From the human T2T-CHM13v2.0 reference genome, Homo sapiens: 64,000 nt of DNA. The notes beneath the pieces were generated by a model that was given only the letters and a program-made list of their open reading frames with translations, had not been told where the DNA came from and did no database searches. The DNA is taken from NCBI RefSeq assembly GCF_009914755.1, contig NC_060943.1. One strand, 5' to 3'. Positions 14,646 through 30,000 of this stretch are shown piece by piece (within the stretch, counting starts at the first letter, position 1; the number at the start of each line of letters is the position of its first letter). The translations under genes were made by a program, and so were the position numbers.

Positions 14646-16095
14646 TCACGTAACCTAGAAGCTGGGTAAACCTATATGACATAATCATCCTTGTGGACAG
14701 GGTACAAGAAGAAAGTCACATCACATAAATCCTTCACCAAGAGTCACACCATTTAGGTGATGGGACCAGAGATGTGTCACAATAGTCCATGTAAGCAGAG
14801 ATCATGCAGAAGGAAGAAATCACCTGTGTGTTGGGTGTAGCAATAAGTCACTCTATTTTCTGTGGGCATGGCCCAGACAGAAGGGGAGAGTCACATCATC
14901 TAGGTGCTTGGCCCAGAGATACGTCACAATCTCTACTATGGGCAAAGCCAAGGTAAGAAAGGAGAGCCACATCAAATTGTTGATAGGCCAAGAAATATGC
15001 CACAATGCCCCAAGTAGGCAGGGTCTGAGCAGGAGACAAATGACATTCATGTTGGGCACTGCAATATGTCACAATGTCTTTTGAGGGCAGGCCAGGCAAA
15101 ATAACCTTGGTGTTGGGCCCAGCAATACGTCAGTTTTCTTGCAGAAGAGAAGAATCACATCAGCTCAGTGCTGAAACCAGCAATACATATCGTTATCCCC
15201 CAGTGAGCAGGGATCAGTCCAGTGAAAAGATTCACATCACCTATGTGATCCACACAGAAATGCATCACAATTTCCCTAGAAGGCAGTGCCCTGGAAGAAC
15301 GGTTACATCACGTGGGTATTGAAAGCAGCTATACTTCACAATGGTCTATGTAGGCAGGCCATAGGTGGCAAAGACCCATCACCTGGGTGCTGAGTCCAAG
15401 GATATGTCAGAATTTTCCTGAGAGAAAGGCTCAGGTGGGAGAGAAACACCTTCTAATTGCTGGGCCCAGTGATATGTCACAATCTTCTCTGTGGGAAGAA
15501 TGCAGATAAAAGAGGAGAGTCACACCTTTCTAGGTAATGAAGACAGAGACATGCCATCAAGCCTCCTGTGGGCAAGGCACAGGCAGAAGCCTCTCATCCC
15601 CTAGGTGTTGGGCCCAGAGATATATCACAATACTCACAATATGCCATGCCCTGGCAATAGAGGTAAGTCACATTACCTAGGTGCTGGGTCCAGAGATATG
15701 TCACAATCCCTATTTTGTCAAGGCCCAGGCATAAATGGAGAGTCACATCACCTGAGTGAAAAATGAAAAGATATGTCATCATACCCTTGTGGGCTAAGCC
15801 CATGCGGGAGGGTCACTTCACGTAGGTGCTGGCCCCAGTGATGTGTCACAATACATAATGTATGCAGGGCCAAGGCAACAGAAGAGTAACATTACCTAGG
15901 ATACTAGCCCAGTGATATATCAAAATCTTTTTCTGTCAGTAGAGAGTCACATAACCTAGGTTCTTAGTCCAGCAATATGGCATAGTACCCCTTGAGGGGA
16001 GGGCCTAGGCAGGAGAGTCACATCACTTAGGTTAGCAGCCAAGAGACATGTCACAATGTCCACTGTGGGAAGGGTTCAAGAAAAGAGGAGAGTAA

Positions 16096-16859
<764 letters not shown>

Positions 16860-18022
16860 TCACGTGGGTGCCGGGCTCAGTGATATGTCACAATGCTCCC
16901 TGTGAGCAAAGCCCAGGCAGGAGAAACACATCACCTGATTTCTGGGCTGAAAAATATGTCACAATCTCTTCTTTATATAAGCAAAGCCTTGGCATAGCAA
17001 GAGAGTCACAACAAATAGTTGATTTTCCCAAAGGTATTTCACAATGCTCTGTTGTCAGGGTTCTGACAGGAGACCCTCATCACCTTGTTATTGGGCCCAG
17101 AAATATGTCACAATGCCTTTTGAGGTCTAGGCCAAGGCAGAACAGTAATTTCACATTGGTGCTGAGCCCCACAGTATGTCCCAATCTCTTATCCAAGCAA
17201 AACTTATGATGAAAAGAAGAGTCACCCTGTTGGTAGTGGGCCAAGTGATATGTCACAATCCCTAGTTTTTGGAGAAACCAGGCAGAAGACAGTCACATCA
17301 CCTGGGTGATGGATGGAAAGATATGTCACTATGCCCCTTGATGGCAGAACCCAGGCAGTAGAGTTAAATTACCAGGGTGTTTGACCCAGCAGTGTTTTAC
17401 AATTGCTTATGTGGCAAGGCACAGCAAGGTGTCACAATGTCCCTTGCAAGCAGCACTAACACAGAATAGAGTCATATACCCTCAGTTCTGGGTTCAGCAA
17501 AATGTCACTATCCCATCTGTGGGCTGGACCATGCAAGAGTCAGATCACTCAGCTGATGAACAGAGAAAAATGTCACAATTAAACCTGCAGGAGGTTCAGG
17601 GATGAAATTAACAATCCCACACATGTCCCGGTATTAGGTATAGGAGGTTAACACTTCCTATATATTGTGTCTAAGAACAGGAGTTACAATGGCAATGGTT
17701 GACTGAATTTGTGCATGAGAGCCTCAACTCCTCCTGCAGACTGTCTAATTAGTGAAGTCACAGCCTCATAGGTGTGCTGAATCTTGCTCTGAGTGTCACC
17801 AACTCACCAGTGAACTGGATCCACATCTGAGAGTCAAGTTTCCGGCCTTTGACTGCCTATAGGTGTGAGATTCAGAACCTCAAAAGTGCGCTGTGTTCAT
17901 GTGGGAAAATGACAATGTATACTGTGTGTGGGTGTGCATACAACTGTCACAATTTTCCCTGTGAGCTGGGCCCTGTTAGTACACTCTCTATACTACCCAA
18001 AGGCTTTATACAGTGTCAATGA

Positions 18023-18367
<345 letters not shown>

Positions 18368-19443
18368 GATCTTCATCTTTGTATGCAACCACAACCATAC
18401 CTATGGCCCTATGCCCAGATATTAGAGTCAACATCTCTCCAATTGGCTGGGTCCAGATAGTAGAGTCCTCACTGCTTATGTTCTGGGTTTAGAACTGTGT
18501 CATCATTCAAACAGTGGTTGGATGCTCACATATGACAGTCACAATTCCAACTATGGGCTGTGTTTGCATGGGAAATTCAAGACCTCAGCAATGGGCTCTT
18601 TCTCTGTGTGAGGGTGATAATCCTAATGGCTGGTGAGGTGTGCATATAAGAAACAAAATCTCACCAATGTGCTGTGCCCTGTGATAACACTCTCTCTAAC
18701 ACTTGAAGGCATTATATTATAGGTGGGGTTGTGGCAATCCTGTATGACCTGCATACAAAGAGAGGACCCAGGATGTTGCTCATTTTTCTAAGTCGAGCTA
18801 TGAAAGACAGTATCTTTTCTAATAGCTGATTTGATTAATGAAAGCCATCATCACATTTGTAAGCTGACAACAGTGTATGTCATAATTAGGTAGGGACCTA
18901 GCAGGAGAGTCACATCACCTGGATTTCAGCCAAGGATATCTCACAATCTTCCCTGAGGGAGGCAGCCAAGCAGGAGTGTCACATCACCTGGGTGCTCAGC
19001 TAGGGATATGTTACAATTCTCTCCTGAAAGCACAGCACAGGCAACAGACTCATGTCACCTGGGTGCTGAGCTCAGCACTATGTCACAATGCTCGCTGGGG
19101 TCAAGACAAAGACAGAAGAGCCACATCACCTGGTGTCTGGTTCCAGGGATATGTCACAATCCTTCCTGTGAAGGGGATTATAAAATGTCATATCTTCTAG
19201 GTCATGGATGCAGATATATGTCACAAGGTCCCTGTGGGCAGAGCCCAGGCAGGAACATACTATCCTATAGGTGTTGGGCCTAATGATATTTTAAAATAAC
19301 CAAAATATGGGAGGCCCAGGCAAAACAGGAGAGTCACATCACTTACATGCTGGGTCCAGTGATACGCCACAATACCCCTTTTTGGCAGGGCCTAGGCAGA
19401 AGACCATTACATTGCCTAGTTGATGAATGAAAAGATATGTTAT

Positions 19444-19746
<303 letters not shown>

Positions 19747-21451
19747 TTATAATACCTCTGGGCTCAAAAATATGTCAAAATGCCTTATGTAGGTAGGGCT
19801 CTGGAAAAAAAAAAAAATCACATGACCTAAGGGCTGGGGTCAGCTACAAGTAACAAACTCCCTAGTTGGCAGGACCCATGCATGAGAGAAGAGTCACATC
19901 ACTTAGGTGCTGGGCTCAGCGACATGTAACAAAGCTTTTTGGCAGGGCCCAGGCAGAAGAGGAGTGTCACATCACCTAGGTGATTAATAAAATGATAGCT
20001 CATAATACCCCTATGGGCAGGGCCCACGCAGGAGAGTTGCATTATCTAGGAGGTGGAGTCAGTGATATGTGTCAACACACAATGTGTGCAGGTCCCAGGC
20101 TGGAGAGGAGTCACCTCATCTAGGTTATTGACCCAGTGATACATCACAATTATTTTTTGGGCAGAGACCAAACAATAGAGAAGAGTCACATCACCTAGAT
20201 GCTGGGCCCAGCTATGTATCACAACACCCTGAGAAGAGGGCCCAAACAAAAGATTTGCATCACCTAACTGAGGGTCTCAGACATATGACACAATTCCCGC
20301 TGTGGGTAGGGCTCAGGAAGAACTGTAGAGTCACATAACCTTGGAGCTGGGCCCAACTATATGTCAAAATCATCTCAGTGAGTGGGGACCAGGAATAAGA
20401 GGAGAGTCAAATCATGAAGGTGAAGGGCCAAGCAATGTCACACTCCCCAGTGTGGACAGGTCCCAGGAGGAAGAGCCACATAATGTCAGTGATGGGCCCA
20501 GATATATGTCACAATGAATTCCGTGAGCCAGAAGAAGAATCACATCACCCGTGTGCTAAACTCAGTAATAAGTCACTCTCTCCTCTGTGGGCAAGGCACA
20601 GGCAGGAGAGGAGAGTCACATAACCTCTGTTCTGGGCCCAAAGTTATGTCACAATCTCTTTTTGGGCAACATCCAGGTAGAGAGAAGAGTCACATAAAAT
20701 AGTAAATGGCCCAGAGATGTATCTTGTAGGTACCTTGCAGGAAGGGTCAGGAAGGAGACTCACATCACATTGCTTCTGGGCCCAGCAATACATCACCATG
20801 CCTTCTGAGGGCAGTGGCAAGGCTAAAGAGTAACGTTACTTTAGTATTAGACCCAGTGACATGTCACAGTATCCCCTGCAGGCAGAACCTAAGACAAGGA
20901 GGAGAGTTATGTCAGCTAGGTGCCAAGCCCAGTGATATGTCACAATCCCTTCTGTGAGCAGGAGCCACGTAGGAGAACAGAGTCATATTACCTGTGTGAT
21001 GGGTGCAGGGATGTCACAATGTCCTCTGTAGGCAGGACCTAGGCAGTATGGTTACCTCACCTGGGTGTGTGACAGAGCAATATGTCACAATGACCCACAT
21101 GGGAAGAGCACAAGCAGAAGAGTCACATAACCTGAGTGTGGGGCCCAGCGATATGACACAATGCCCCCTGTGGAAGAGACAAGGCAGGAGAGAAGATTCA
21201 CACCACCTGGGTACAAACTCAGTGATATGTCACAATGTCCTCTGTGGGCAGTGCCAAGGCAGTAGAATTGTCACACCACCTCTCTGGGTCCAGGGATATG
21301 TCACAATCCCATTTGTGGCCTGGGCCCAGGGAGGAGCATCAAATCACTCTGGTGCTGGGTAAAGTGATATGTCATAATCACACCAGCAGGAATGTTTAGG
21401 GATGAGATTATGCATCTGGACTGGAAAGAATCAACACATCAAAAATATTAC

Positions 21452-22150
<699 letters not shown>

Positions 22151-22821
22151 CTATTTAGCAGTTAGAATAGTTTGTATATATTTCAACTAGGCAGGAAAAG
22201 AATTTACATACAAAAGTTTTGTACAGAAAATGATTTAAGAAAAGAAAAGAGAAAAATCTCTGCCCTTATTTTCAAGAAGGGTGAAGCCTGTATTTGTAAT
22301 TTGTATCTTTTTTTACAACATCCAGGTCTAGGGCCATAATCTTGAACTCATGGACATCTGAATTCTAGTAGGTGCTAGATTCAGGAACCTGAGGGCTGGC
22401 CTTGGGCACATTCTGCACATCAAAAAGTGTTTGTGGGGAAGTAAAAGACAGAAGAGGGAAAGATGCTATCAATAACTCATTAATAGGGGACAGTGCATGG
22501 TAACTGGGAGGACTCTTATGCTACAGATACTAACCAAGGCAGGGCTATATTCTGACATATTCCTGTGTCCATGCAGGCAGATGAGATTACGATTGGTGGC
22601 TCACAAGCCCAGGTTGATGAAGAGATCAGGTTGTGCTGCAGTTTCACGGTCTGGAATAGAGATTAGCCAGGAGTCCTCTATGAACTTGTATAATTTTTTG
22701 GTGAGAAATTCTAGGGGCAAAGGCACTATACACATAATTCCTGAGAGTCAAAGTACACTTATGGTATGTGTACACTTATGGTACACAAAGTACACTTATG
22801 GTATGTGAAATACACTTATGG

Positions 22822-23135
22822 GGTTGGGCACGGTGGCTCACGCCTATAATCCTAGCACTTTGGGAGGCCAAGGCAGGTGGATCACCTGGGGTCAGGAGTT
22901 AGAGACCAGACTGGCCAAAATGGTGAAACACTGTCTCTACTAAAAATACAAAAAATTAGCTGGAGGTAGTGACACATGCCTGTAGTCCCAGCTACTCATG
23001 AGGCTGAGGTAGGAGAACTACTTGAACCCAGGAGGCAGAGGTTGTAGTGAGCGAAGATCATGCCATTGCTCTCCAGCCTGGGTGACAAGAGCAAGACTCC
23101 GTCTCAAAAAAAAAAAAAAAAAAAAAGAAAGAAAA
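22822..23135 (+). mobile_element. AluS
   Basis: Dimeric Alu with poly(A). Confidence 0.9.
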
Positions 23136-23374
23136 AGAAATACACTACTTATGGATTTCCTGAAGGTCAAAATACACTTATGGTATAGTGTTGTATGTTG
23201 GAGAGAGGAAGATGGCCTCATTTCCAAAATTTGAGAATGTAGGAACAAAAGTGGAAATTTACAATTTTACTGCAAGCCTGAGTTAGGCTAGGGGAAAACG
23301 GTGGTGGCTTAGAGGCCCTGCTTGTCATACATTAGAAAGACCAGTCTTCCTGTGGAGAGTTAAAATAATTAAAC

Positions 23375-24504
23375 CACTCTCCCTCTCCCTCTCTCTCTCC
23401 CTCTCCCTCTCCCTCTTTCTTCTGTCTCCCTCTGTTGCCGAGGCTGGACTGTACTGCTGTGGTCTCGGGTCACTGCAGCCTCCCTGCCCCGGGCTCCCGT
23501 GGTTCTCCTGCCTCGGCCTGCTGAGTGCCTGGGACTGCGGGTGCACGCCGCCACACCTGACTGATTTTTGTATTTTTGGAGGAGACGGGGTTTCGCCATG
23601 TTGACCTGGCTGGTCTCCAGCTCCTGACCTCTAGTGGTCTGCCCACCTCGGCCTCCTGGGGTGCTGGGATTGCAGACGGAGTTCTCGCTCACTCAGTGCT
23701 CAGTGTTGCCCAGGCTGGAGTGCAGTGGCATGATCTCGGCTCGCCACAACCTCCACCTTCCAGCCGCCTGCCTTGGCCTCCCAAAGTGCTAAGATTACAG
23801 CCTCTGCCCAGCCGCCACCCCGTCTGGGAAGTGAGGTGCACCTCTGCCCAGCTGCCCCATCAGGGAAGTGAGGAGCACCTCTGCCCGGCCGCCCCATCTG
23901 GGAAGTGAGGAGCCCCTCTGCCCGGCCGCCCCATCTGGGAAGTGAGGAGCGCCTCTGCCAGGCCACCCCATCTGGGAAGTGTACCCAACAGCTCTGAAGA
24001 GACAGCGACCATCGAGAATGGCCCATGATGATGATGGCAGTTTTGTCAAAAAGAAAAGAAGGAAATGTGGGGAAAAGAAAGAGAGGTCAGATTGTTACTA
24101 TGTCTGTGTAGAAAGAAGTTGACATAGGAGACATCATTTTGTTCTGTACTAAGAAAAATTCTGCCTTGGGATGCTGTGAATCTATAACCTTAACCCCAAC
24201 CCCGTGCTCTCTGAAACATGTGCTGTGTCAACCCAGGGTTAAATGGATTAAGGGCAGTGCTTAAACAGATGCTTGAAGGCAGCATGCTCATTAAGAGTCA
24301 TCACCACTCCCTAATCTCAAGTACCCAGGGACACAAACACTGCTGAAGGCCACAGGGACCTCTGCCTAGGAAAACCAGAGACCCCTGTTCACGTGTTTAT
24401 CTGCTGACCTTCTCTCCACTATTATCCTATGACCCTGCCACATCCCTCTCTGAGAAACACCCAAGAATGATCAATAAATACTAAAATAAATAAATAAATA
24501 AATA
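23375..24504 (+). mobile_element. Full-length SVA, oldest type (SVA_A-like), short VNTR
   Basis: (CCCTCT)n hexamers, Alu-like region, VNTR ~23800-23985, complete SINE-R ending GATCAATAAATAC, A-rich tail; TSD AAAATAATTAAAC at 23362-23374 and 24505-24517. Confidence 0.92.
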
Positions 24505-24510
24505 AAAATA

Positions 24511-24890
24511 ATTAAACAGCGGGAAATTAGACTGAAGTGGCTCTAGTGCCCTGTGTTCATAAGTAAAACATCTAAAACCTAACTAATGCATTTCTTATAA
24601 ATTACTCTCTTAGGGAGAAAAAAACTCAGGCCTAAGTGATTATAAACCTGCAATTAACCTCTGGTTACAAAACCAGGAAATTTACACCTGGATCATACAA
24701 ATAAGGTAACTACATAACTGTAATCCATTCTTGAATCTGGTTTGCCTTCTCAAGCACTTTATAAAACCCTTTTTTTTTATCCCCCTCAGGTGGACCACAA
24801 ATCAGGGCCGGGTGCTTTCCATTTCACCAATCACGGTTTGTTCAAATAAACCCGTTAATGTTTTAACATTGACTCCCTTTAGTTTTAACA
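24511..24890. repeat. LTR/MER-like intron-1 segment, inverted paralog of 33150-33528
   Basis: GGAAATTAGACTGAAGTGGCTCTAGTGCCCTGTG here is the reverse complement of sequence near 33487-33520. Confidence 0.7.
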
Positions 24891-24894
24891 GAAG

Positions 24895-25197
24895 AGACCA
24901 TGCACCTGGTGGCTCAGGCCTGTAATCCCAGCACTTTGGGAGGCCGAGGTGGGCAGGTCACTTGAGGCCAGTAGTTTCAGACAAGCCTGGTCAACATCGC
25001 AAAACCCCGTCTCTACTAAAAATACAAAAATTAACCAGGCGAAGTGCAAAGGTAATCCCAACTATTCGAGAGGCTGAGGCATGAGAATTGCTTGAGCCTG
25101 GGAGGAGGTTACAGTAAACCAAGATCGCACCACTAAAGTTTACTCTGGGAGACAGAGTGAGCCTCTGTCTCTCCATCTTAACAAAAAAAAAATAACA
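24895..25197 (+). mobile_element. Old Alu (AluJ-like), paralogous to 32850-33143
   Basis: Alu match; same junctions (TTTTTTGTTAAGATGGAG / ATGGTCTCT) as the minus Alu at 32850-33143. Confidence 0.8.
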
Positions 25198-25541
25198 AGA
25201 GAGAATGAAGACCCCATGGGCCACAGCTCCTCCCATGCACACACCAAGTCAGGATTCTGCCCTGATGACCCCCCTGGCATCCCTGAACACTCTGGGAAAT
25301 ACTCGGGGCTGCAGGTGCAGAGCTGCCCAGAGAGCTCCATGTAGGGCGCCCCCCAGGCACCAGGTGCGATGCCAGGGTCCTGGCTGCAGGCCCACCTGCC
25401 ATCTTGCAGCCAGAGGGCCTGGGGAGGAGCCGAGCCAGTGGGGACTCAGGACGGCAACATGGGAGCAGACTCTGGGGAGGCCGGTCCCGTGATTTCACAG
25501 CCTGGTCTCCCCTCTCTGGATGCCCAACCCTGCATACTCAC

Positions 25542-25730
25542 CATTTCCCAGCTTCCAGGATGTCCTGGCATCTTAGCTATGCGTCTCCCAGGACCTGCAT
25601 CACAGGGCAACAGAGGCTGTGACAGAGTCACTGGGGGCTCCCAAGGAGGAGGACGCAAAACCGGAAGAGGACGCAGAACAGTGGAAATGAATTCCAAGCT
25701 CTGGAGGGAGGGAGAAAAAGGCCCACCAAA
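25542..25730 (-). pseudogene. ZNF91-family exon 1 (5'UTR plus MPGHPGSWEM), orphaned: no KRAB/ZF exons downstream in the window
   Basis: Minus strand GCTAAG ATG CCA GGA CAT CCT GGA AGC TGG GAA ATG|GTGAGT (ATG 25571, donor GT 25541-25540); resembles the ZNF91/ZNF680 leader MPGxPGSLEM. Confidence 0.8.
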
Positions 25731-25840
25731 TGCTAGAAGCCACGCCCTCCTCTCTGAGAGCCTGATTGGGCAGTTCCCATGCCAGCACCACTGATTGGAT
25801 AAAGCTCCAGGACCCACATCCCACCTCCACCCTCCCCAGC
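25660..25840 (-). promoter_or_regulatory. KRAB-ZNF-type promoter
   Basis: Two CCAATCAG boxes (25762-25769, 25791-25798, minus strand), ETS-like CCGGAAG 25661-25667, YY1-like CAAGATGGC at 25398-25406 in intron 1. Confidence 0.65.
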
Positions 25841-26051
25841 ATTACTGCATTTTATGGACTGGGAAACAGGTTCAAGTATGCAGGGTCACATGCCCAGAGT
25901 ACTGCAACTAATTAAGAAGAGAGCTGAGACTTGAAATGCACTTGCTTTTTTCCTTACCTGGGTTGGCTTGTATAATGCACCTTATTGGCTAATTAAGGGT
26001 AAGAAGAGGAATATTTAGACAACTTTTTTAAAAAGTTTTTTTTTTTTTTTT

Positions 26052-26341
<290 letters not shown>

Positions 26342-26487
26342 TCAGCTCCCAGTCGTGACCTGAGTCCCTGGTGGTGCAGCTCTGCTCCAGGCCCCTCTGG
26401 CTGCAAGATGGTGACTGGGCCTGCAGCTGGGACCCTTGCATCCTTCCCCATCCCTGCACGGCCCCCTATCTGGAACTCTCTGGGCAG

Positions 26488-26958
26488 TGTTAGGTACAGT
26501 GAGTTCCTCTTCAAAGAGTCAACTTGTTCAGCTTCCTTGTTCTTTGATCTCAATTTTCAAAGCCTAACTTCCTCATTCTTTGCAGCTCCTTGCCCCTAGT
26601 TATGGTAAACAACCTTCCCACCAGTCCTAATCTATAACTCACATCTGTTCCCTTGATTACCCGCTCTGTAACTGACCTTCTGTCCAAACTGCTCTTACTG
26701 CCACTGTAACCCACACCTCTGCCCCATTTGAAATAGCCAATCAGGATTAGCTTAGATTGTGCATTCCAGCCCCAATGACACAGCAACGGGGACTAACTGT
26801 TTTAGGGATAAAAGCCCCTTCCCTTCCTTGTTCGATATGCTCTTGCAATTGTGACTGGCACAAGCTGCAACCTTCTGCAGAACTAAATTGCCTTGCTGAG
26901 AAAGCTTTTTGCCAGAGTGCTGATTCTCCTTTGTGGGACTGAGCATTTGTTTCTAACA
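26488..26958 (+). mobile_element. Solo ERV1 LTR (LTR10/MER61-group-like)
   Basis: TGTTAG...CTAACA inverted termini; 4-bp TSD GCAG; host sequence is continuous across it. Confidence 0.75.
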
Positions 26959-27093
26959 GCAGCTCTGCACCTGCAGATTGTTCCCAGAGTCTTCCCAGAG
27001 TGTTCAGAGATGCTAGACAGGTCATCAGGGCAGAAACTCAACTCAGTGTATGTGTGGGAGGAGCTGCAGCCCTGGGGTCCCCAGTCTCTCTGG

Positions 27094-30000
27094 TGTCGAG
27101 ACCAGCTTGGCCGGGGAGACCCTAACCCAGTGGCACTAGAGGAATTAAAGACACACACACAGAAATATAGAGGTGTAAAGTGGGAAATCAGGGGTCTCAC
27201 AGCCTTCAGAGCTGATGTGGGCAGCAAGTCACCCAGGTGCCAAGGCAAGAGACCGAGGACACAAGCTGTTCCAGTATAATAAAGTATAAAACAAGAATAG
27301 TTATACCAGATATACATCTTAGATATGATTATATATGAATATCATTGATCATTAGTTTGTAGCAATTACTCTTTATTCCAATATTATAATAATCCTTGCT
27401 CTATAATCATAACCTAGGAAAAACCAGGCCGTACAGAGATAGGAGCTGAGGGGACATAGTGAGGAGTGACCAGAAGACAAGAGTGCGAGCCTTCTGTTAT
27501 GCCCGGACAGGGCCACCAGAGGACTCCTTGGTCTAGTAGTAATGTCAGCGTCTGGGAAGACGCCCATTGCCGAGCGGACCGTGGTCTAGCGGTAGCCTCA
27601 GTGTCAAGGAAAAACACCGGCTACTTAGCAGACTGGGAAAGGGAGTCTCCCTTTCCCCGGGGGAGTTTAGAGAAGACTCTACTCCTCCACCTCTTGTGGA
27701 GGGCCTAACATTAGTCAGGCTCACCTGTGGTTATCCTGAGGCCTAACCATCTCCCTGTGATGCTGTGCTTCAGTGGTCATGCTCCTAGTCCACCTTCGTG
27801 TTCCATCCTGTACACCTGGCTCTGCCTTCTAGATAGCAGTAGTAAATTAGTGAAAGTATTAAAAGTCTCTGATATGCAGAAATAGTGGCATAAGCTGTCT
27901 TTCTCTCTGTCTCTGCTCCCTCTCTGCCTCAGCTGCCAGGCAGGGAAGGGCCCCCTGTCCAGTGGACATGTGACCCACATGACCTTACCTATCATTGGAG
28001 ATGACTCACACTCTTTACCCTGCCCCTTTTGCTTTGTATCCATTAAATAACAGCACAGCCAGACATTCGGAGCCACTACCGGTCTCTGTGACTTGGTGGT
28101 AGTGGTCCCCCAAGCCCAGCTCTCTTTTCTTTTATCTCTTTGTCTTGTGTCTTTATTTCTACACTCTCTCACCTCCACACATGGGGAGAGACCCACCGAC
28201 CCTGTGGGGCTGCTCCCTTCAGCTGAGAGCCTCGAACAGAGATTTACCCACATATTTATTAATAGCAAACGAGTCATTAGCATTGTTTCTGTAGATATTA
28301 GATTAACTAAAAGTATCCCTTATAGGAAACAAAGGGATGGGCTGAAATAAGGGGATGGGTTTGGCTAGTTGTCTGCAGCAGTAGCATGTCCTTAAGGCAC
28401 AGATCACTCATGCTATCATTTGTGGTTTAAGAATGCCTTTAAGTGGTTTTCTGCCCTGGATGGCCCAGGTGTTCCTTGCCCTCATTCCAGTAAACCCACA
28501 ACCTTCCAGCATGGGCATCATGGCCATTTTGAACATGTCACAGTGCTGCAAAGATTTTGCTTATGGCCAGTTTATGGCCAGATTTTGGGGGGGGGCCTGT
28601 TCCCAACATGTCCCCTTTCTTTGATTTGCAAAGCGATAAAAGCAAGGGCAGCTTTGTCACGGTGAGCTACTTCTCACAGGAGTCAGGATCCACATCTGCG
28701 GACTATACAATGACAAACAACACAGATTAAAAGTACAATCATCATTGAAATCACAGAGTTTCCAAGTGTTTTTATCCATTTTAATGGGTTACTAGCTGCT
28801 AATCTGTCTGCAGCTCCTTTAAGCACTCCAGTTCTTGGCAGTAAGGTCAGGTGTGCCTGGGATGCTTTAAATATTTGTTCTTTTATCCAAAAACAAGTTT
28901 GTAGAGTGTCTTTCTAGATGCTTTTTTATTCTTTCCCAAATTTTGATCTTATTAAGCCACAAATCCTTATGTTTAGCTCCTACAATGGGCCATATCTTTT
29001 GAGGTTGAGGTGCCACTATACCACCATTGTTCCAGATAATAGGAACTCTTGCCATACTTTTTATCATTTCTACCATCTGACCATTTTGTTCAGACCATAT
29101 GAACATAGTGTGGCCATGGCACGCAGACTGAGAAGTGCAATTCAAGCCAAACATCCCCTTAGGGGACCAATGATTCCATAGGAATCATTGTGCAGCACCT
29201 CTGCCTGTTCTGCAATGCAATCTTCCTAAACAAGTACATTCATATTTTCTGGCCAGGTCAATTTTGTTACAAATAGGTTTTTGAGGGCAGTATGCCTCAA
29301 TGTAGCAGCAGATTTATTATGGTAAATACTGAGATCAGAAAGCATGTGTAACTGTGCCATAGAGTGATTACATCCAGGCATCATTTCCAGCTAAGATTGA
29401 TAAATATGCCTAATAAGTATAATTGTTCTCTGTGTCAGCCTTTGTTGAAGGAATACTCATGGCAGTGGTGATCATTGCTATCATAGCTGCCATTAAATTA
29501 CTCATGGTGACTGGTTGTCCCACTTTCCTCAGGTTTTCTTTCACCATCTGTGACAGCTTCTTGATCTGTCCCCAAGTGGGTGGCTGTGTTCAATGGGTGT
29601 TGCTCATGACAGTTGGGGTCCTTCTCAGTGTCAGTCTTGACATGGCTGCAACCAGGGGGTCCTTGGGATCCTCCCAGAGTCTCTTCCTTGGCATCTGGCT
29701 CATGATAAGGTTTCAGGTGTCTTGATGGTATCCAAATCGGCTATTGCTTTTGGCCTGGAGAAACATAAGCATAACCGCTACCCCAAGTTATTATTTTACC
29801 TATTTCCCAACTTTTTGTTATCAGATCTCTCCACCAAACCAGTTGTTCTGCTTCTGTCTTTGCAGCTGGTTTCTGTAGATGCTGTTCAGCTGCTGATAAC
29901 ATCTGGCCTTTGGTCAGGCTCAAAAAATTTAAAGTTAATAATGCTAGATTCAATTGTGTAGGGGCTGTCCCATAATCCCTATTTCGCCCCCTTTTTTGCT

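Noticed and set aside
25542-25571. Assigning a specific ZNF or LINC gene symbol to the locus
   Set aside because: Cluster paralogs are too similar to identify without alignment
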